From Candidatus Krumholzibacteriia bacterium (GTDB taxonomy: Bacteria; Krumholzibacteriota; Krumholzibacteriia; LZORAL124-64-63): a stretch of DNA of 32,986 nucleotides. The notes below the pieces were generated by a model that searched no databases, had not been told where the DNA came from, and saw only the letters and a program-made list of their open reading frames with translations. How positions within the stretch are numbered: position 1 is the first letter of the stretch; each line of letters starts with the position of its first letter. This document shows positions 26,558-32,986 of the stretch, in pieces. The DNA lies in contig JAZBOO010000113.1 in NCBI GenBank assembly GCA_036351155.1, positions 1 to 32,986 of the forward strand, given 5' to 3'. The position numbers were made by a program, and so were the translations under genes.

Positions 26558-27235
26558 TCAGTCCTCTGTACGGAAATTCAGGATATCACCCGCGCCCTTG
26601 CGGGTGATGTCCGGAACCCGGGCATCGGCCGAGGGATACCCGGTGACCAGGAGCAGGAAAGGCTTCTCGCTGACGGGACGCTGCAGAATCCGGTTGAGAA
26701 ACTGCATGGGACTGGGGGTGTGGGTCAACGAGGCCAGCCCGACGTTGTGCAGCGCGGCGATCAGGAACCCCGCCGCCAATCCCACCGACTCCTTGGTGTA
26801 GTAGTGCTGCACCTTGTTACCCTGCTCATCCAGATGGTAGCGCTGCTCGAAGATGGCGATCAGCCAGGGGGCGGTTTCCAGGAAGGGCTTTTCGGCATCG
26901 GTTCCGAGGGGGGCCAGGGCCTGTAGCCAGGCGTCACTGGCCCGCCCGGCGTAGAACTCCCGTTCCTCTTCCTCGGCGGCCTGGCGGATCTCCCGCTTGA
27001 TCTCCGCCGCTCCCACGATTTCGAAATGCCAGGGCTGCATGTTGGCTCCGCTGGGGGCCGTGGCCGCCGTGCGCACGCATTCCTCGATGATGGCCCGGGG
27101 CACAGGGCGATCGGAAAAATCCCGCACCGTCCGGCGCGAGGCCATGAGCTGGCGCCAAGCCTGCGCCCTCTCCAGCATCTGGCTCTCGGTGAATTCCGGG
27201 AAACCCGTCAGGGGGTGGTGTTCCTTGCTGCTCAT
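26558..27235 (-). CDS. Nitroreductase superfamily, iodotyrosine deiodinase (IYD)-like
   Basis: [56 protein letters not shown] 27235 after GAGAGG. Confidence 0.85.
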   Translation of the reverse strand: MSSKEHHPLTGFPEFTESQMLERAQAWRQLMASRRTVRDFSDRPVPRAIIEECVRTAATAPSGANMQPWHFEIVGAAEIKREIRQAAEEEEREFYAGRASDAWLQALAPLGTDAEKPFLETAPWLIAIFEQRYHLDEQGNKVQHYYTKESVGLAAGFLIAALHNVGLASLTHTPSPMQFLNRILQRPVSEKPFLLLVTGYPSADARVPDITRKGAGDILNFRTED

Positions 27236-27245
27236 GAAATCCCTC

Positions 27246-27815
27246 TCACGGAGCCAGCAACTGGCTGGCAATTTCCTCACGCTTGTCCTGACCGCACAGG
27301 GCCTCGACCAGAGCCAGCGAGAAGGCCATGGCCGTGCCCGGTCCCCGGCTGGTGATCAGGTTGCCCATGGAGACCACCTTCTCGGCACTGCGGCTGGAGG
27401 CCGGCAACTGGTCCATGAGCCCGGGATAGCAGGTGGCCCGGCGGTCGCGGATCAGATCATGGTGTTGCAGGACCACGGCGGGGCTGGCGCAGATGGCCGC
27501 CACAATTCGCTGGTTGCGGTCCTGCTCCCACAGCATCTCACCGAGCAAGGCGCTGTCCCGCAGGTGCTCGGCGCCGGGCAAACCTCCGGGTAGAACAATG
27601 GCGTCATAAGTGCGTCCGGCACAGGCGGACAGCAACTCATCGGCCACCAGTTTCACGCCGCGTGAAGCTGTGATTTCCAGGGATTCGGTTCCTCCGGGAC
27701 TCGGCACCGAGGCCACGGTCACCTGGACCTCGGCCCGGCGCAGGATGTCAATGATGCTGACGGCCTCGAGCTCTTCGCAATCCGGGGCGATGGGCACCAG
27801 TGCGGTGGGATTCAC
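27246..27815 (-). CDS. DJ-1/YajL/ThiJ family glyoxalase-deglycase
   Basis: [52 protein letters not shown] before GTG. Confidence 0.9.
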   Translation of the reverse strand: MNPTALVPIAPDCEELEAVSIIDILRRAEVQVTVASVPSPGGTESLEITASRGVKLVADELLSACAGRTYDAIVLPGGLPGAEHLRDSALLGEMLWEQDRNQRIVAAICASPAVVLQHHDLIRDRRATCYPGLMDQLPASSRSAEKVVSMGNLITSRGPGTAMAFSLALVEALCGQDKREEIASQLLAP

Positions 27816-27857
27816 GGCGGTCCTTTCGGTAGGGTTCTGTTCCAGTCAACTCTACAA

Positions 27858-28871
27858 TCAAAGATCAAATGAGAAATTCGCCCCGAAGGTGGCGAAGTGT
27901 TCCAGGTGGTCCTCGTATTCGCTCTCGTAGACGTTGAAATGATTACGGATTTCGAACTTCACATCTTGGCGCCCTGCTGTGCGATACCTCACACCGCCAC
28001 CCAGAGAAATCCCCAGGTATTCACCACCCCCGATGTAGTACCCGGTCCCCAGCACCAGGTAGGGCGCCCAGCCGGCTTTTTGGCTCTGGAAAAGGGTGAC
28101 CAGCCCCAGGGTCAACACCGACGACACCGAGGTGTAGCTATAATAGCTGGTTTCCCGGCGCCGGATGACCCCATCAAGATCATAATACCCGATCTCGGGC
28201 CCGAAATCGAACCGCGCGCCCAGCGGCCTTTGCAGCCTGATGTTTCCGTAGAGCGCCGTTTTGTGGTAGTCAACGTCTGTTTCCTCTGCCGAAGCTACCC
28301 CGAACCCCAGCCCCATGCGGGTGGTGTCCAGTGCTTCTTCGCCCGGGAGAGGCAAGGCCTCGGGAGCCTCGTAATCGGTGGACCAGACATCACTCAAGGC
28401 CCCAATCCCCGACCCCACGATACCCACGCCCAGGCCCCCGGCCAGCGTGCCGGCCATGGTGAAGCCGGCGATGGCCCCGATGTTGCCGCCCTCACCGTCG
28501 ATGCTGTCCAGGGCAATACCCCAGAGCAAGCTGAGGCCACCCCCCAGCATGGCTCCGGTGGTGAAACCGGTCTTGAAGCCGCGTCCCGCGCCGGAGCTGC
28601 GATGACGGATGCGGAGCACATCCTCCAGAGGGAGCCGCCAGGCGGTGAGCTGGACCGCACTGTCGGGCGTTGGGCGCACCAGAAGATGACCGGCGGCAAC
28701 CCCGGCCAGATGACCGACGTAGCGACTGCCGCCACGCATGGTGACATCAAGCAGGGTGTCGGGAGCCAGGTTGTCCAGGGAAGAGATGAGCAGGGGATCG
28801 GCCGATGTCTCCGCCGAGGCAGGGACCGAAACCAGCAGGAGAAGAAGTAAACAGCACGCACCTGGTCTCAT
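27858..28871 (-). CDS. Hypothetical exported protein: small beta domain + glycine zipper + OMP-like beta-barrel
   Basis: Signal peptide (CCLLLLLLVSVPASA), GxxxG-rich hydrophobic segment, PYLVLGTGYY, LGGGVRY, C-terminal GANFSFDL. Confidence 0.65.
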   Translation of the reverse strand: MRPGACCLLLLLLVSVPASAETSADPLLISSLDNLAPDTLLDVTMRGGSRYVGHLAGVAAGHLLVRPTPDSAVQLTAWRLPLEDVLRIRHRSSGAGRGFKTGFTTGAMLGGGLSLLWGIALDSIDGEGGNIGAIAGFTMAGTLAGGLGVGIVGSGIGALSDVWSTDYEAPEALPLPGEEALDTTRMGLGFGVASAEETDVDYHKTALYGNIRLQRPLGARFDFGPEIGYYDLDGVIRRRETSYYSYTSVSSVLTLGLVTLFQSQKAGWAPYLVLGTGYYIGGGEYLGISLGGGVRYRTAGRQDVKFEIRNHFNVYESEYEDHLEHFATFGANFSFDL

Positions 28872-28957
28872 GAGAACTCCAGGCCCGGAAGAGACCGGGC
28901 GGGGCGGGGCAGCCAGGGGAAGACAGAAGTTTACCCCGCGGCCTGGGTGTTGTCCCC

Positions 28958-28989
28958 AAAAAAAGGGGCGGCCCGGGTGGACCGCCCCT
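28958..28989 (-). terminator. Intrinsic terminator of the cytochrome operon
   Basis: Minus strand AGGGGCGGTCC-ACCC-GGGCCGCCCCT followed by a T-run, 20 nt after the stop at 29010. Confidence 0.8.
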
Positions 28990-29009
28990 CATCATCATCA
29001 TGCCGCAGG

Positions 29010-30557
29010 TCAGGGAGTGACGCTCCCGTCGGTCACCTGCTCGGCTTCGGCAAACGGATCGATCACCGGTTCACCCAGGAACTCTTCCTGGAGGTAACGG
29101 TGCATCTTGCGGTCGGGATCATCCTTTTCCAGGGGCAGCAAGTACTGGAACTTGTGCGCGCTGTCCTGGGCCAGAATGGAATGACACAGGGTGCAATCGT
29201 AATTGATGGCCACGCCCGCCTCATCGACCATGTCCTTGTTGTGGCAACGGAAGCAGCCGCCTTCGCCCCGGTGACCGAGGTGCGATGGATAGGCATTCCA
29301 GCCCACATTCATGAACGGGAAGATGTTGCGATCGTAGATGGCCCGCAACGTGGTCACCATCTGATCGGCGGCCGAACCGGTGGCCAGGTCGGCTCGGTCC
29401 ATGTCCCGCAGGTAGTACCCGCGCACGGCCCGGTCAATGCCATCCCACGCCGCCTCCTTGTCCACATAGTGTCCGGTCAGGGCACTCAGGGCCACACGCC
29501 GGGCATAAGGCAGACTGCGGTCAATCAGGCCCTGATCGATGGCCAGGTCCACGGCCTCTTCCGGATCCTGGTAGATATGCGTGGCCCGGTTATGGCAGTC
29601 CACACAATCCATGGATCGAGATTCGGCTTCCTCGGCAGTCACGGGATGTTCCAGGGTGGCCTTGTCCAGCGCACGGTTGGTGAAGCGGTGGAAGGTGTCG
29701 CCGCGGCGCACCTCGACCCACTCCATGGCCATGCGTTTTTCGTCGGCCGCCTGGTAACGGACCTCGTTCTGTTCACCCACATGCCAGTGGATGGTGCCGG
29801 TCTGGCTCTCGCTGCCGACCTTCAGCGACAAGGTCGAATAGGCGGGAGTGGACTCCTCGTCCATACCGAACTTGGCGTAAGTCTTGACGCGATTGCCGAA
29901 GACCTTGGCCGGCCAGTGACACTTTTCGCAGGTTTCCCGGGCCGGACGCAGCTGATGCACCGGCGTGGGCACCGGACGCTCATACAGCTCGAAGGTGGCC
30001 GAAACCACCTGCCACAAGCCGTTGAGCTTGGCATTCAGCAGTGCCTCAGCTCCCTCACCCACGTGGCAGTCCACACAGCGGACGTGGGCATGGGGAGAGT
30101 TCTGGTAGGCCGTCCACTCCGGTTCCATGATCTGGTGGCAGGCTGTTCCACAGAACTTGGGAGAGTCCATGAAGTGGACCATCCGGGCGCCGCCGATGCC
30201 CAGAAACAGGAGGTTGACCACAGTCAACAGTGCAAAGGTGCCGACCAGGGAAGAGCCGAGCCGCTTGGCTCGGGTCATGTCGTCGGGGAATCTCTGGGTC
30301 AGCAATTCCTCGGTCGTGCGTCCCGTGGCTCGGCGGTATTGCCACCAGCCGATGGGGACCAGGATCAAGCCCAGGATGAACAGGGCCGGCAAGGCCATGT
30401 ACGTGATGAGCCCGATGTAGGAATTGGTCAGGATTCCCGCAATCCGCAGCAGCTCGAAAAACACGAACAGCAGGAAGGCGGAGGTCGTCAATGCGACCCC
30501 CACCGTCCCGGTCCAGTTGGTCGAGATTCCACGGATAAAGAGCTGGAATCGCTTCAT
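29010..30557 (-). CDS. Membrane-anchored multiheme cytochrome c, NapC/NirT-domain, ImcH-like (6 heme motifs)
   Basis: Three N-terminal TM helices (incl. NSYIGLITYMALPALFILGLILVPIG); CGTACH (CX3CH), CVDCH, CEKCH, CVDCH, CFRCH, CTLCH. Confidence 0.85.
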   Translation of the reverse strand: MKRFQLFIRGISTNWTGTVGVALTTSAFLLFVFFELLRIAGILTNSYIGLITYMALPALFILGLILVPIGWWQYRRATGRTTEELLTQRFPDDMTRAKRLGSSLVGTFALLTVVNLLFLGIGGARMVHFMDSPKFCGTACHQIMEPEWTAYQNSPHAHVRCVDCHVGEGAEALLNAKLNGLWQVVSATFELYERPVPTPVHQLRPARETCEKCHWPAKVFGNRVKTYAKFGMDEESTPAYSTLSLKVGSESQTGTIHWHVGEQNEVRYQAADEKRMAMEWVEVRRGDTFHRFTNRALDKATLEHPVTAEEAESRSMDCVDCHNRATHIYQDPEEAVDLAIDQGLIDRSLPYARRVALSALTGHYVDKEAAWDGIDRAVRGYYLRDMDRADLATGSAADQMVTTLRAIYDRNIFPFMNVGWNAYPSHLGHRGEGGCFRCHNKDMVDEAGVAINYDCTLCHSILAQDSAHKFQYLLPLEKDDPDRKMHRYLQEEFLGEPVIDPFAEAEQVTDGSVTP

Positions 30558-30569
30558 CAGTCAGCCCCT

Positions 30570-31897
30570 TTATTTGCTGCCAACCTGGTACATGTCCTTG
30601 TACATCTTGGCCATTTCACCGGACTTGATATCCGCCTTGATGTCGGCCGTCGGGCGGTTCAGCCACGTGTGGTACGGGTCGGCCAGGACCTCGTCGATCA
30701 TCTTGTCGACGTCCGGGTCATTCAGCTTCCGCAGCTCGGGGATGTACTTGAAGTAGAAGTGCTGGGCCACCTCGTAGATACCGTGCCACCAGGTGTAGTC
30801 CGGGCCCATCATGGCCGCGCCGTGGCGGGCACGACGGCCTTCGTGGTGCCAGATCTCCCACCAGATCCACTCGTACTTGTTGGAGAAGTTGGCCTGGTTG
30901 TCGCCCAGCTTCTTTTCCTTGGCCTTCTTGTACAGGGCCAGGCCGGGCTTGGCGAATTTTTCGTTGTACAGGTTCACGATGCCGTCCAGCTGGGCGTAGT
31001 GACCATCCACGAAGCCCGCGCCGTGGCAATTGACGCACACGTCCTTCATGTTGTTGCGCTTCACTTCCCAGTTGTCCTTGGTCACCGACACGGGCGGACG
31101 CAGGGTCCAGCTGATGCGCTGACCCACGTCGTGGGTGATCTTCTGGTTGGGCGTGGCGCTCATGTGGCAGGTGGCGCAGGTGGGGGCCTCGAAATAGTCC
31201 ACGCCCACGACCCAGCGGTCGCTGCTCAGGTTCATCTCGTCCACGTTGGTGAAGTAGGCATTGCCGTGCTTGCTCTCCTCGTAGACTTCCTTCTGGGGAT
31301 GGTCGGGGCCGAGGTGGCACTTGCCGCAGCTCTCGGGCTGCCGGGCCTGCTTCACGCTGAATGCGTGGCGCGTGTGGCAGGAGGTGCAAGAGCCCTTGCT
31401 GCCGTCGGGGTTCAAGCGGCCAATACCACTGTTCGGCCAGCTCAGGCGGTGCAGCTTGTTGGGGCTGTCCGGGTCGATCTTGACCTTGTTGCCGTGGCAG
31501 CTCTCGCAACCGGCAATGGCCACCGGGCCCCGCCAGCCGCGTGGGCCAGATAGGCGTCGGCCGATTCCAGGATCTCACCGGCATGCGCATGGTAGCTGGC
31601 GGTCACTTCGGCGGTTTCTTTTTCGTGACAGGTGCCGCAATCCTTTGGTGTCACGAGGGTGGCAATCAGTGCGCCTTCGTGCATGTAGGCATCGGCTTCA
31701 CCCTTGCTTGCCTTGTGGCAATCGAGGCAGGTCACGTTGTGCTTGGCGTGCTCACTTTTGTACCACTGGTTGTACAAACCCAGCGATTTTTCTTTGTGGC
31801 AGGTCATGCACTTGCCGGCCACGCTGTCGTCAGCGGCGAAAGCGACTCCTCCGCAGAGGATGGCCAAAGCGGCGGCAACAAAGAGGATTCTTTTCAT
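30570..31897 (-). CDS. Octaheme hydroxylamine-oxidoreductase-family cytochrome c (epsilon-Hao-like), split by a 1-nt frameshift at ~31525-31531
   Basis: Signal peptide + CMTCH, CLDCH, CGTCH in one frame; CESCH, CTSCH, CGKCH, CATCH, CVNCH, GIGRLNPDGSKGSC, LGPDHPQ, SKHG, MMGPDYTWWHG in the next. One added base gives a single ~442-aa protein. ATG 31897 after AAGGAG. Confidence 0.85.
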
Positions 31898-31962
31898 TGT
31901 CGGGCTCCTTGTCCGTGGAAACAGGACCAAATCAGGACCAGTTGAAAGGGAACGATGGAGCT

Positions 31963-31991
31963 ATTGTCGGGAGGTAACCCCCGGGGGTCAA
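31963..31991 (-). promoter_or_regulatory. sigma70 promoter of the cytochrome operon
   Basis: Minus strand TTGACC-17 nt-GACAAT. Confidence 0.6.
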
Positions 31992-31999
31992 AGGATATT

Positions 32000-32017
32000 G
32001 TGACAGATCCATGACAG
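32000..32017 (-). promoter_or_regulatory. PhoB/OmpR-type direct-repeat box
   Basis: Minus strand CTGTCAT-GGAT-CTGTCAC (11-bp period), 8 nt upstream of the -35 element. Confidence 0.55.
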
Positions 32018-32382
32018 GTTGCGGAATATCGCATATGTTTATTTTGCAGTTGGTTACTTTTTTGGATGAGAATGTCTTGTATTCTGGGGGCGACCCGGTG
32101 GGTAAGGCACCAAGGTGGACCTCTAAGTCCATTTTTAAGAAGGGAATAGGATAAGTGGATCTTTTTGTCCAGAAAGCTGAGAAAGAGGAACCATTCTCAA
32201 CTCATGTGGGCAAAATTCAAAAATGAAACGGGACCATGCTTAATAAAAAACAGGGGGCTGGTGTGTGTCGTGGGGAGTTCTCCTTTCCCGGAGAGTTGAC
32301 ACCCGCCTTGGCGTCCCTGACCGGCCGGGCCCAGATCAATACCTCGCTGGTCAACGGGAGGCCGGAGACTTAAACTCATGCC

Positions 32383-32985
32383 ATGACTATCCGGAATGAC
32401 ATCGAGCACCATTTCTTCCAGTTTCTGGTGAATTCCCTGCGGCATCTTCCAGTTACCCTGGCCGGTGACCTCATGGAGACCACAGGGCTGCTGGTCGGAC
32501 GGGGGCTGGGGATTCGTCGGACCACTGTCCTGGACAACCTGGCCCGGGTTTTTCCGCACTGGGAGAGTGGCCGCCGTGAAAATCTGGCCGACCAGGTTTA
32601 CCGGCATCTGGGATTGACCATAGCCGAGACGTTTGCGACGGTCCCCGGAGCTGAGCTGCCGGCCCCCGTGGCCGAGCCCTGCTGGGATCACCTGGACGAC
32701 GCCCTGTCCCTGGGTCGCGGGGTCATCGTGGCCACCGGGCATATTGGAAACTTCGAACTGGGTGGGGCCGTGCTGGCCGGTCACTGTCGCCTGCTTGACG
32801 TGGTCAAACCCCAGCGCAATCCTCATTTTGATCGTGAGTTGAATCACCGCCGGGCACGTCAAGGCATAGCCACGGTGATCGGCGATCAGAGTGGCCCTGC
32901 GGTGGTCCGCCATCTCAGAGGAGGAGGAGTGGTTTCCCTGCTCCTGGATCAGGATGCGGGACGGGCGGGCGAAATCGTCAACTGG
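32383..32985 (+). CDS. Lipid A lauroyl/lysophospholipid acyltransferase (LpxL/HtrB family), truncated at the window end
   Basis: Not in the ORF track (no stop). Reads MTIRNDIEHHFFQF...DNLARVFP...GRGVIVATGHIGNFE (HX4E)...QRNP..D...LLLDQDAG. Confidence 0.85.
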   Translation, partial: MTIRNDIEHHFFQFLVNSLRHLPVTLAGDLMETTGLLVGRGLGIRRTTVLDNLARVFPHWESGRRENLADQVYRHLGLTIAETFATVPGAELPAPVAEPCWDHLDDALSLGRGVIVATGHIGNFELGGAVLAGHCRLLDVVKPQRNPHFDRELNHRRARQGIATVIGDQSGPAVVRHLRGGGVVSLLLDQDAGRAGEIVNW

Positions 32986-32986
32986 C

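Noticed and set aside
28947..31553. 868-aa plus-strand ORF
   Set aside because: Antisense shadow of the two cytochrome genes; it ends just past their frameshift.
32197..32913. 238-aa minus-strand ORF
   Set aside because: Antisense to the LpxL-family gene starting at 32383.
1..32986. CRISPR arrays, tRNA/rRNA, transposases, integrases
   Set aside because: No repeat-spacer arrays, RNA gene signatures or mobility proteins seen; nearly all DNA is explained by the listed CDSs.

Overview
GC-rich DNA from a diderm (Tsx-like porin, LpxL-type acyltransferase, OM barrels), probably anaerobic bacterium. Nt ~1-17.6 kb: the tail of a PLP (fold-type II) enzyme gene, then an 11-gene + strand anaerobic purine/urate degradation cluster: dpaL, ygeY, carbamate kinase, ygeW, ridA, fused [2Fe-2S]/Mo xanthine-dehydrogenase-family protein, ssnA, hydA/hyuA, ygfK, NCS2 permease and a YheO-like PAS-HTH regulator. 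A threonine-synthase-like PLP enzyme that lacks the canonical phosphate-binding Arg closes the unit. Next come a convergent Tsx-like nucleoside porin, glnA-yjbQ, and a self-contained three-gene PNAG-like polysaccharide operon (pgaD-like, pgaC, TPR/beta-barrel) with no deacetylase. These are followed by alaS, an iodotyrosine-deiodinase-like nitroreductase, a DJ-1 protein and an unusual OM protein. A two-gene multiheme module (octaheme HAO-family protein with a 1-nt frameshift plus an ImcH/NapC-like membrane cytochrome) sits behind a promoter with a PhoB/OmpR-type direct repeat, and the window ends inside an LpxL-family acyltransferase. No rRNA, tRNA, CRISPR or mobile element was seen. All calls come from motif recognition by eye; no searches were run.
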